Both the position numbers and the translations under genes were made by a program. The notes beneath the pieces were generated by a model. That model did not search any database and had not been told where the DNA came from. It worked only from the letters and a program-made list of their open reading frames with translations. Shown one piece after another: positions 52,804-61,670 of a stretch of DNA of 64,000 nt (position 1 is the stretch's first letter; each line of letters begins with the position of its first letter). The stretch is from an uncultured Holophagae bacterium (GTDB lineage Bacteria > Acidobacteriota > Thermoanaerobaculia > Thermoanaerobaculales > Sulfomarinibacteraceae): NCBI GenBank assembly GCA_963797055.1, contig CAWCOD010000005.1, positions 189,995 to 253,994 on the forward strand, read 5' to 3'.

Positions 52804-54925
52804 TCACGCCGCTCCTTTGAACCGGTTGATATCGAAGATCGGGCGGCCGTCCATGTGGGGGGCGGGCGCCACTCCGAACAGAGTCAGCGCCGTCGGCGCG
52901 AGATCCACGATGTGGGGGTCCTCGGCGTCGATGGGATGGCTCGACAACACGATGCCCGGCACGATCCGCGGGTCCACGATATGGTCGCCGCTCCACGCCT
53001 TGACGTTGTCCTCGAAGACCGGACCGGCGACCACGCCGGCCGCGCAGCCCCAGGAGATGCGGTAGCCGTGGTTGTATCCGATGAGCAGGTCGGGTGCGTT
53101 GCCCTTGTACGGACCCCGGTAGAGGGTGTCGGTGTCCCAGATCTGGTTGATGGCCACCGTCTCCTCCTCCGCGTCCATCGACCCACTCAGTTTGGAGATC
53201 AGCTCCTGCTTCAGCGCGGCGGCCTCCTCGCCCGGTTGGACGATCCCGTGGTTCTCGCGACCGGCGAGGTTGAGGAAGATCCCGACCAGGCCAACCGCAT
53301 AGGCTCGGGTCTTGGACCAGTCCACCGACTGCAGCCACTCCTCCGACCCGTCGGCTCCCTCCTTGAGGGTGAGATAACCCTCTGAGAGGAGCCAGGCGTT
53401 GAGGTTGACGCCCCGACGGAACGAGGTGCAGCCGTGGTCCGACAGCACCACCAGGACATCATCGTCGCCAAGCCGGTCCATGACCCGACCGACGATGGCG
53501 TCGTTCTTGCGGTACTGGTCCTCGATGGCATACCGGTACTCCGGGTTGTCGACGCCGCGAGCCGCCGGGTGGCCGTCCTCACGATACCGCCAGTACATAT
53601 GGTTGACCCGATCGGCAGCGTCGAAGACGGTCACCATGGCGCCCGAGCGCAGCCGGTCCAGCGCGGCATGGAACATCTTCTCCCGCTCGCCGTCGATGTC
53701 CGACGTCTGGGTCCAGAAGGTCCGGTCGTCGGTGATCTTCTCATTGAGGGCCCACGTGTCCTCGGCCAGCCCGAGAGTCGCGTAGGGGCCGAGCTTCTTA
53801 CTCAGGTAGGACGAGTAGTAGGAGGGATGGGAAATCGGCATTGCCGGTTTTTCGGGCTGGATGTTGATGGGAGAGACATAGAGTGAGACATGTTCGTCCA
53901 TCTCGGTGATCATGATGACGGCAGATGCCGTTAACCTTGATCTTGGCGATGGCGGGGAACTCGAGGGTCACCCAGTCGCTGAGTTCGCCGGTCTCAAGCT
54001 CGAGTCTCCTCGCCACCCGCAGTCACCTTGGCGCGACCCGCCGTTCGGTCGAGTTCCATGGCGAGTGGCAGCTCCATGGAGGGACTGGCGTCCAGAAACG
54101 AGTTCTCCGGACCTTGGATGGTGCCGCTGAAGCGATCGGCGCCGTCCGGCGTCAGATCGAATCGCAGGCCGCCCTCCTGGAAGGCGGCTGGTATCCGGCC
54201 GGGTGGTGAAGAACAGGAAGGTGCCCTGGGTCCCGAGCAGGTCGGGGATGCACATGGCGCCGAGCTGGGCGCCGTAGAACTTGTCGGGAGGAAAGGTAAT
54301 CGGCACCCGGATGATGGTGCTCCAGATGTTGTGCTCGCCGAGGATCGTCCACCACGGCTTGGATTTCCTGAGCAGCCGGATGTCGGGCTTGGACAGCGGG
54401 ATCCGCAGCTTGCCGATCTTCAACGTCCGATCAACCGATCCGATATGGGCCGAAGACAGCCGCGGCAGATAGGTTCGGGGATCGCGGTCGAGAAAGTCGA
54501 AGATGTTGTGGCGTCCGGGGTTTGTGCCGGTGGAGAAACTCGACCAGGCCACCGGTGTCAGCGAGGGATAGGTGGTGCGCAGCCTCCGATACCCGCCTTT
54601 GGCGGCCAGCTTCGAGAAGTTGGGCAGCTCGCCGGCCGCCATCATGCTCTCGGTGATGGCGGCATCCTGACCGTCGAAACCGACAAAGATCAGCCGTTTG
54701 ACGAGGGGTTTGCTCTTGCGACGATGGCGGATCATCCGCCACAGGGTGCGAAAGGGCCACGCCAGCAAGGCGAATCCGGCCACCAACGTCGTGCCGAACA
54801 GCACTGCAAAGGAGCCGAGCACGGCGAAACCCGCGCCCGGGCCGATGTAGGCCTCGGCCGGCGATGGCCAGGACGCCAGTGCCGCCAACGCCAGCCGACG
54901 CCACGACGGCGCGTTCTGTGACCAT
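52804..54925 (-). pseudogene. Alkaline phosphatase superfamily protein (type I phosphodiesterase/nucleotide pyrophosphatase family) with a membrane N-terminus, disrupted by 3-4 frame breaks
   Basis: Pieces in successive frames: AYIGPGAGFAVLGSFAVLF..LIFVGFDGQDA..TTYPSLTPVAWSSFSTGTNPGRHNIFDF..GTQGTFLFFTTRP / PAAFQEGGLRFDLTPDGADRFSGTIQGPENSF / LELETGELSDWVTLEFPAIAKIKVNGICR / MITEMDEHVSLYVSPINIQPEKPAMPISHP..VLVVLSDHGCTSF. Breaks fall near 54200, 54010 and 53915, and possibly 54895. Confidence 0.7.
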
Positions 54926-55182
54926 GTTTGATTTCGCTCTCCACCCGTTTCCCTCCGGCGTGTTGACCGTGCGAGTGGGTGTCCAGCGACCCCATCCTCG
55001 GACGTCTCATATTTAACCGTATGGCGGCTCTGAGATTTCCTTCTGCCACGACAGCTGGCCGCCGGCCGTGTAGTATATGGATCGGCCGCCGAGCATGGCA
55101 AGGCGGCTCGTTCATACTCGAGTCCGTAACTGTCGGGAACAAGAAGATTTCAAGCCGCCCGAACGCGGGTTCCCGAACGGAG

Positions 55183-55814
55183 ATGAACAGGATGTCGATT
55201 TTTTCGGATGTGTTGCGGCGATTGAAGTATGGCCGGCCGGTGGTCGTGGTCTCGGGGCTGCCGAGATCAGGAACCTCCATGGCCATGAAGATGCTCGAGG
55301 CGGGTGGTCTCGATGTGGTGACCGACAAGGTCGGACCCCGGACGAGGACAACCCAAAGGGTTACTACGAGGACGAGAGGGTCAAGGACCTCGCTGAGATG
55401 GACGACAAGGAGTGGTTGCGGGATGCGCGGGGCAAGGTGATCAAGATCGTGTCCTTGTTGCTGCAGTACCTCCCCGACACCAACTTCTACAAGGTCGTCT
55501 TCATGCGGCGACATCTGCAAGAAGTGCTGGCCTCCCAGGCGAAAATGCTCGATCGGCGAGGGGAAGCGTCGGAGACCTCGGACGAAGAGATGCTGCAGAT
55601 GTACGGCGGCCACCTCGACAAGATCCAGTTCCAGCTGCGGTTCAGGGACTATTTCGACGTCTTGTACGTGGACTTCCGTGATGCCCTCGAGGACCCTGTG
55701 CGCGAGGCAAAGAGAATCAACAATTTCCTCGGGGGCGGTCTGGACGAGGGAAAGATGGTGGAGGTCGTGGATCCGGAGCTGTACCGCAATCGGATTGCCG
55801 AACTCAGTGAATAG
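55183..55814 (+). CDS. Sulfotransferase family protein; frame break near 55335
   Basis: PAPS-binding 5'-PSB loop VVVSGLPRSGTSMAMKML in ORF 54979..55440. It continues ..TPDEDNPKGYYEDERVKDL..KVVFMRRHLQEVLASQ in ORF 55077..55814. Confidence 0.7.
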
Positions 55815-55911
55815 TGAGTGGTGAATAGCGAATAGTGAATAGAAGTGGAGCGCTTGGTTGCCAAGAACGACTGCAGCTCGTAGACGCTGCAGACGATTCC
55901 TATTCACTATT
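55807..55911. repeat. gtgaata/gcgaata heptamer array, small hairpins, and inverted ctattcactatt
   Basis: gtgaatagtgagtggtgaatagcgaatagtgaatagaagtgg; cttgg-ttg-ccaag; ctgcag..ctgcag; ctattcactatt. Same unit type as 37547-37580. Confidence 0.75.
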
Positions 55912-56394
55912 TACATTCTCTTGATGAGTCCCTGGTAATCGCCAGGTGGCGGTGTGCTGGAAGATCAACCGGGTCTCGATGCGGTCCACCTCGCCTCGCG
56001 TTGTGAACGAGTCCAGCGCCAGATCGCGGAGGTGCTGGGTGTCGCGCACCGCAACGTGCACCAGGAAATCGTCCGCTCCGGCCACATGGTAGATCTGGAG
56101 CACCTCGGGGAGGGTCAGGACGTAGTCGATGAACGAGTCCACCAGGTCCCTCGAGTGTTCGGCCATGCGGACGCCGATCATGGCCTCGGTGGCCACCTCG
56201 AAGGCATCCAGATCGATATCGGCGTGAAAGCCGTGGATGATGTCCAGAGTGCGGAGTCTCCGGACCCTCTCGAGACAGGTGGAGGGTGCCAGCCCCACCA
56301 GTTCGGCGAGGGCCTTGTTGGAGATTCGCGCATTGGCGCGGAGGGCGGCCACGATGGCCACGTCAAAACGGTCGAGGTCGGTTCCGGAGCGCAT
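55900..56394 (-). CDS. Lrp/AsnC family transcriptional regulator
   Basis: LDRFDVAIVAALRANARISNKALAELVGLAPSTCLERVRRL (HTH) plus a C-terminal RAM-like domain. ATG 56394. Confidence 0.85.
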   Translation of the reverse strand: MRSGTDLDRFDVAIVAALRANARISNKALAELVGLAPSTCLERVRRLRTLDIIHGFHADIDLDAFEVATEAMIGVRMAEHSRDLVDSFIDYVLTLPEVLQIYHVAGADDFLVHVAVRDTQHLRDLALDSFTTRGEVDRIETRLIFQHTATWRLPGTHQENVNSE

Positions 56395-56440
56395 GGCCGA
56401 ATGATATTCGAATGAACATCCTAAAGTCCACCGATTGAGT

Positions 56441-56615
56441 GAGAAAATTCGAAAATCGAAATTTGAAATTCGAATGCCCGTTTTGGCCAAGGTTGTTTCA
56501 GCGCGCCCTTCTCCTCACCGCGCTACCCGAGGTTGCCCCTTGACAATGTCGGGACTCCAAGAGCCGGGCGACTCAGCCGTAGAGCCCCAACATTGTCAAA
56601 GAGGGCACGCCCGAT
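56441..56615 (-). repeat. Heptamer array plus composite element copy A7 (reverse orientation, lacks the C-box end)
   Basis: gagaaaattcgaaaatcgaaatttgaaattcgaat at 56441-56475. Stem ttgacaatgtcggg (56540-56553) / ccccaacattgtcaaa (56585-56600). Confidence 0.8.
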
Positions 56616-56671
56616 CATCGCGGCCAAACGCTCTGGATCGTTGGGGGCAATAACCCGATGGCCCCTAGGCC

Positions 56672-57871
56672 CTAGCTCCATCCGACGGGCTTCAGCGCCA
56701 GAGCATCGGCGTGGCGTGCGAGCGCTGTTCGTGCGGCCTCTCTGGTGGTCGGCGTGTCGGGTTCTTCTATGTGGAGGGACAGCACGTGGAGCCGTCCGGC
56801 CGCTCGGTCGGCCTTGAGGTCGAATCGGGCCACAAACTGATCGCCGGCGAGCACCGGCAGGCAGTAATAGCCGTAGATCCGTTGCTCAGCGGGTTTGAAG
56901 ATCTCCAGAACCTGGTGGAATCCGAACAGGGCTTCGACCCTCTGGCGGTCCCACAGGAGCGGGATCGAAGGGTGACAGCAGGATCCCCCGATCGCGCCGG
57001 GGACGGACGCGTTCCAGACGATCTGCCAGTTCCAGATCCTCGCCGCGAATCCAGCCGAGATGTTCCCGCCGTCCTCCGGCACCACCTTGCACTTCCGGAT
57101 GCGGCCCGACGCCTCCAGGGTCGCGAGCGCGTTTTTGATCTGCCCCTGACGCCGAGCTAGGCGCCAGGTTTGGGTCAGGGTGCCGGTGGTGGCCCATCCG
57201 TGGCCCTCGAGGGCCAATATCAGCAGGTTTTTGATGGCCTCCGACTCGGGCACCGGGTCGGAGCGCCAGCGCTCTGGAATCACCCGATCGGCGAGGTCGT
57301 AGGATCTCTGGAAGGAGCGGCGCTCTCGGATGGCGAGCTCGCCGGAGGACCACAGTGCGGTGGCGACCTTTTTTGCAACCTTGAGGTCCCACCAGCCTTG
57401 GCTCCCGCTCCCCTCCATGTCCACCGACCGCAGCGGCCCCTCGTCCCGGATACGCTTCACAAGCCTGTCCGCCACGCCTGGGTTCCGCCCGACGATGTCT
57501 CCCCACCATGGGTGGTGCCGAAACTCCCGCCTGCGAAAGTCAAAGATCGGGTAGAGATCCATGGGCAGCCAGCTCGCCTCGTGGCCCCAGTACTCGAAGA
57601 GCGGTTCGCCGGGACGGAGCAGCTCCTCGCCGAGTGCGGGGTCCATCCCGTCGATGCGCGACATCAGGACGATGGCGTGGCTGCGGGCCCCGGCCACCGA
57701 TACGGTGTCGAGCTGGAGGTAGCCGAAGCGTTCAATGACCCTCTGGGCCGCCGTTCTGGCGCGGGCGCCGCGACCGGCGGCCCTGACGGGCATCCCGGTC
57801 CACTCGGGTTTGAGCAGACCGCCCCGCGCCAGCGCCAGTCGCCGCGCCGCCCTGACCGACAGGGTGTCCAT
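56672..57871 (-). CDS. Winged-helix DNA glycosylase-like protein (YcaQ/AlkZ, DUF1006 family) with an out-of-frame internal segment
   Basis: FGYLQLDTVSVAGARSHAIVLMSR, LLWDRQRVEALFGF..IFKPAEQRIYGYYCLPVL..RFDLKADR. The conserved HLGWIRGEDLE..GILLSPFDP segment is readable only in the frame of ORF 56886..57509, between about 57060 and 56959. Confidence 0.75.
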   Translation of the reverse strand: MDTLSVRAARRLALARGGLLKPEWTGMPVRAAGRGARARTAAQRVIERFGYLQLDTVSVAGARSHAIVLMSRIDGMDPALGEELLRPGEPLFEYWGHEASWLPMDLYPIFDFRRREFRHHPWWGDIVGRNPGVADRLVKRIRDEGPLRSVDMEGSGSQGWWDLKVAKKVATALWSSGELAIRERRSFQRSYDLADRVIPERWRSDPVPESEAIKNLLILALEGHGWATTGTLTQTWRLARRQGQIKNALATLEASGRIRKCKVVPEDGGNISAGFAARIWNWQIVWNASVPGAIGGSCCHPSIPLLWDRQRVEALFGFHQVLEIFKPAEQRIYGYYCLPVLAGDQFVARFDLKADRAAGRLHVLSLHIEEPDTPTTREAARTALARHADALALKPVGWS

Positions 57872-57914
57872 TGGATGATGATCTCATGTCGTTGGGGAGG
57901 GAGCAGGGAGCAGG

Positions 57915-58258
57915 CCCCGCCCACCCATTACGAATTACGAATTACGAATTGCAGATTGCAGATTGCAGGTTGCAGATTCCCGCCCACCGGAGCGAGGTTG
58001 CGGGCGTGCAGAATTCGCGAGGATGTGCGAGATGCAGAGTCCTCCGCCCACCCGGAGAGAGGAGGGCGCGTCTGGCGGGCGTGCCACTTTTGACATTGTT
58101 CGGAGGTTTCGATGCAGCCGAAGGTACCCGAGGACAGGGAGTCCGAACAATGTCGAAGGGTGTGGCAACCTCGGGTCGGCGCGTTAGGGAGAGTGGCCAG
58201 CGCTGAAATCTACGATGTCGGATCGAACGCGCTCACCCGGTGCCAGGCACCGACATGG
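57915..58258 (+). repeat. Composite intergenic element, copy A4: C-box, heptamers, solo 5' box, full core, half GGTGCC cassette
   Basis: ccccgcccaccc; (attacga)/(gcagatt) arrays 57927-57979; solo box cccgcccaccggagcgaggttgcgggcgtgc 57979-58009; core 58043-58210 with stem ttgacattgttcgga / tccgaacaatgtcgaa; gaacgcgctcacccggtgccaggcaccgaca 58225-58254. Confidence 0.85.
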
Positions 58259-58300
58259 TGGGCCTTCCGGGCGGGTGGGGGATCTCGGATCTTCACCCGA

Positions 58301-58732
58301 TCAGGAGATGTCTCGATACTTCTCCAGCTTGGGACTGTCGCTGTCGATCTTGGGCAGCCCGTCCGTGCAGCGGAACCACGGCACCCGGTGGTCGTGGAAG
58401 ACGTGGGCTTGCGGTTCGCGGTCGATGGGGTCGTCGATGGCCGCGAGCACGACGTGGATCTCGCCCGGCGACAGGCTCGAGGTGTAGAACAGCGTGGTGC
58501 CACAGATCGAGCAGAATCCCCGCCGGCTCTGTTCCGAGGAGTCGTACCAGGTGAGTGCGTCCTCGCCCGCGGTGAAGGTAAACCGGTCATCCGCAGCCCC
58601 GACCCAGGTGACAAACGCGGCCCCGTGCGCGCCACGGCAGTAGCGGCAGTGACAGTGGGCGCAGAACAGCGTCGGCCCCTCGATTGAAAATCGGACGGCT
58701 CCGCAGAGACATTGACCGTGGTAGGCGCTCAT
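58301..58732 (-). CDS. GFA family protein (glutathione-dependent formaldehyde-activating enzyme / CENP-V fold)
   Basis: MSAYHGQCLCGAVRFSI..CAHCHCRYCRGAHGAAF..RGFCSICGTTLFY are the zinc-binding Cys patterns of the family. ATG 58732. The ORF-track extension translates repeats. Confidence 0.8.
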   Translation of the reverse strand: MSAYHGQCLCGAVRFSIEGPTLFCAHCHCRYCRGAHGAAFVTWVGAADDRFTFTAGEDALTWYDSSEQSRRGFCSICGTTLFYTSSLSPGEIHVVLAAIDDPIDREPQAHVFHDHRVPWFRCTDGLPKIDSDSPKLEKYRDIS

Positions 58733-58788
58733 GACTCGGACCTCCCTGGGTGTTCTTGCACCATGGTAGGCGGGTATGTCGTCGGAGG

Positions 58789-59200
58789 GAATTGAAAATG
58801 TGAAATGAGAAATGAGAAATGAAGGAAGTGAAAATTCGAACACCCCCACCCGCCCGGAGCGTGAGGGCGCGATAGGCGGGCGTGCCACTTCTGACACTTT
58901 CGGGAGGATGGGCGGCGATGCCGTCGGTGCCGTCCGGTCCCGAATAGTGTCAGGGGTGGCAACCACGGGGAGCGCGGTCGGGAGAGGGGCGCGCGGAATC
59001 GACAGATCGAATCGAACGACAGGACCCCCGTGGATCGGCCGTCCCGGCTGCAATCTCCGAGTTGTTGGATCCCACGATTGCAGGCGGGACGCCTGCTCCA
59101 CAATGCAGGCCCCAGGCTGCGCTACAACGCCGTGCCGGGCGGGTGGGCGGAACGTTTAACGTTCAACGTTCAACGTTTACACCCTCCACACCTTCCACAC
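58789..59200 (+). repeat. Composite intergenic region: gaaatga units, element copy A5, G-box, ACGTT array, ccacac units
   Basis: gaaaatgtgaaatgagaaatgagaaatgaagg; core 58843-59000 with stem ctgacactttcggga (58891-58905) / tcccgaatagtgtcag (58938-58953); gggcgggtgggcgg 59137-59150; aacgtttaacgttcaacgttcaacgttt 59151-59178. Confidence 0.8.
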
Positions 59201-59214
59201 TGGGCTGAGGGGAG

Positions 59215-60642
59215 CTAGCTCCTCACCCCCGGCAGATAGAAACAGACCACCTTGGGTTCGGTCATCTCCTGCAGCGAGAACCGGATCCCCTCCTTGCCGA
59301 GCCCCGAATTCTTGACACCGCCGAAGGGCATGGAGTCCAGCCGGTAGTCGGTGGAATCGTTGATGATCACGCTGCCGGAGTCGAGGCCCTCAGCCATCCG
59401 GTGGCAGACGGTCACATCGGAAGAGAACCCTGCCGAGTGGAGACCGAAATCCACGCTGTTCGCCTTGGCGATGGCCTCGTCGAGTTCGTCCACCACATAG
59501 AGGTTGACGGCGGGCCCGAAGACCTCGTCGTGGTGGATGGTGGCGTTCTCAGGGACATTTTCCAGCACGGTGGGCTCCATCAGCGCTCCGGTACGGTTGC
59601 CACCGGTCAGGATGGTGGCCCCGAGATCCCGGGCCTCCTCCACCCAGCGCTGGACGCGCTCGGCCTCGCCTTCGGTGATCATGGGACCCATGTTGGTCGC
59701 CTCGTCCATCTTGTCGCCGATGACGTAGTTCTTGGTGCGCTCGACGAAGAGGTCGCGGAAACGGTCGTAGACGTCCCGTTGGACATAGATGCGCTGGACC
59801 CCGATGCAATTCTGACCGGCGGCCCAGAAGGCACCGCTCACACAGGTCTCGGCGGCCCACTCGATGTCGGCGTCGGACCAGACGACGACCGGAGAGTTGG
59901 AACCCAGCTCCATGCCGATCTTCTTCAGGCCTGAACGGTTGGAGATGTGCTCGCCAGCCTCCAACCCGCCGGTGAACGAGACCATGCGCACTCTCCTGTC
60001 GGACACCAGGCTGTCGCCAAGAACAGCGCCGTGACCGGTGATGCACTGCAGCACACCGGCCGGCAGCCCGGCCTGCATAAAGGCATCGGTCAGCTTGAGT
60101 GCCGACAGCGGGGTCACCGTGGCCGGCTTGAGGATGACGGCGTTGCCGCCCGCGATGGCCGGTCCGAGCTTGTGGGCGACCAGGTTGAGGGGGTCGTTGA
60201 AGGGGGTGATGGCGAGCACCACGCCGATCGGTACGCGCTCGAAATATCCGCGCCGCGCTTCGCCGCCCGGGAAGCTATCGAAGGGGATGGTCTCGCCGGT
60301 CAGGCGCTTGGCCTCCTCGCCGGAGATGGTCAGGGTGTTGACCGTACGTCGCGCCTCGCCCCGCGCTTCGTTGATGGTCTTTGAACCCTCGCGGGCGATG
60401 GTGCGGGCGAATTCCTCCAGATTGTCGGCGACGATGGCCGCGGTCTCGAGCAGAATCTGCGATCGCTCATGGGTGGTCAATCTCCGTGCGGTCTCACGGG
60501 CCGCATCGGCGGTGGCGAGCGCGGTCTGCACGTCCTCGGCGGTGGCCGACGGCACGGTGTCGATGACGGAGTTGTCGAACGGGTCGCGAACATCGATCGT
60601 CTCATCGCGGTCGACCCAGGTGTCGCCGAGCAGCATCTTCAT
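59215..60642 (-). CDS. NAD(P)-dependent aldehyde dehydrogenase family protein
   Basis: MELGSNSP (catalytic Glu region), AAGQNCIGVQR (catalytic Cys), EVFGPAV. ATG 60642 overlaps the upstream stop (ATGA). Confidence 0.85.
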   Translation of the reverse strand: MKMLLGDTWVDRDETIDVRDPFDNSVIDTVPSATAEDVQTALATADAARETARRLTTHERSQILLETAAIVADNLEEFARTIAREGSKTINEARGEARRTVNTLTISGEEAKRLTGETIPFDSFPGGEARRGYFERVPIGVVLAITPFNDPLNLVAHKLGPAIAGGNAVILKPATVTPLSALKLTDAFMQAGLPAGVLQCITGHGAVLGDSLVSDRRVRMVSFTGGLEAGEHISNRSGLKKIGMELGSNSPVVVWSDADIEWAAETCVSGAFWAAGQNCIGVQRIYVQRDVYDRFRDLFVERTKNYVIGDKMDEATNMGPMITEGEAERVQRWVEEARDLGATILTGGNRTGALMEPTVLENVPENATIHHDEVFGPAVNLYVVDELDEAIAKANSVDFGLHSAGFSSDVTVCHRMAEGLDSGSVIINDSTDYRLDSMPFGGVKNSGLGKEGIRFSLQEMTEPKVVCFYLPGVRS

Positions 60643-61661
60643 GACTGCCTCCAGATGGTCAGGAGATCGTTGAGCAGGGAGAAACCGGTTTCCACACGGC
60701 CTGCCCCGGGGCCGACGATGGTCACGTCGCCCAGAGTGTCGGTTGTAATGGTCATGGCGTTTGTGGCGCCGCCGACCCCGGCCAGAGGATGGGAGAGATC
60801 CATCAGCTGGGGTGAGACGGATCCGTGAATCTGTTCGCCGTCGCGCCACACCCGGCCGATGAGTTTGAACCGCTTGCCATCGACCCGCGCCGCTGCGATG
60901 TCGTCGGGCGTGATCTCGGTGATGCCGGTGCACGGACTGTCGGACGGGGCCAGTTCGCCGCCGAAGACGGTGTTGGCGAGGATCGTGACCTTGGCCAATG
61001 CATCCCAGCCGAGCACGTCCGCATCGGGCACCGCTTCGGCGTAACCCAGCTCCTGCGCCTGTGCGAGGGCGGCCGCATAGTCCATTCCGCCCTCCATCTC
61101 GGTCAGGATGTAGTTTGTGGTTCCGTTGAGAATTCCCTTCATCTCGCTGATGTCCGCCCCGGCGAGGGTTTCCCGGATCAGGTTGAGCAGGGGAGTTCCG
61201 GCCATCACGGTGCCCTCGTAGAGGAACTGGACGCCGCGGTCGGATGCCAGATTCGCAAGTTCCGAGGAGTGGAGGGCCACCGGACCCTTGTTGGTGGTGG
61301 TGACGTGCATGCCCCGTTCGAGGGCGGCGCGGATGTGGTCGGTGGCTGGCTGGCCGGTCTCGATGTCAGTGTAGGTGGCCTCGAGCATGACGTCGGCGTC
61401 GGCCTCGGCGATCATGGTCGGGGCGTCCCAGTCGCGACCGACGCCGGGCCAATCGGACAGCGACTCGCCGCGATCGACGCGGGCCAGAGCCTCGGCGAGA
61501 TCGAGACCGTCGGGATTGTAGGCGCTACCCTTGAGCATGTCGGCGATGCCGACCACGGTCCAATCAAGCTCGTACATGGTTCGGAGTTCGTCTTTCTTGT
61601 CGAGTAGGAGATCGGACAGGCCCTGTCCGACCGTTCCAAAACCGATGAACAGCAGTTTCAT
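60639..61661 (-). CDS. hom: Homoserine dehydrogenase (no ACT domain)
   Basis: MKLLFIGFGTVGQG Rossmann motif, VTTTNKGPVA, GILNGTTNYILTEM, LGYAEAVPDADVLGWDAL. Confidence 0.85.
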   Translation of the reverse strand: MKLLFIGFGTVGQGLSDLLLDKKDELRTMYELDWTVVGIADMLKGSAYNPDGLDLAEALARVDRGESLSDWPGVGRDWDAPTMIAEADADVMLEATYTDIETGQPATDHIRAALERGMHVTTTNKGPVALHSSELANLASDRGVQFLYEGTVMAGTPLLNLIRETLAGADISEMKGILNGTTNYILTEMEGGMDYAAALAQAQELGYAEAVPDADVLGWDALAKVTILANTVFGGELAPSDSPCTGITEITPDDIAAARVDGKRFKLIGRVWRDGEQIHGSVSPQLMDLSHPLAGVGGATNAMTITTDTLGDVTIVGPGAGRVETGFSLLNDLLTIWRQS

Positions 61662-61670
61662 TGCAGCCTC

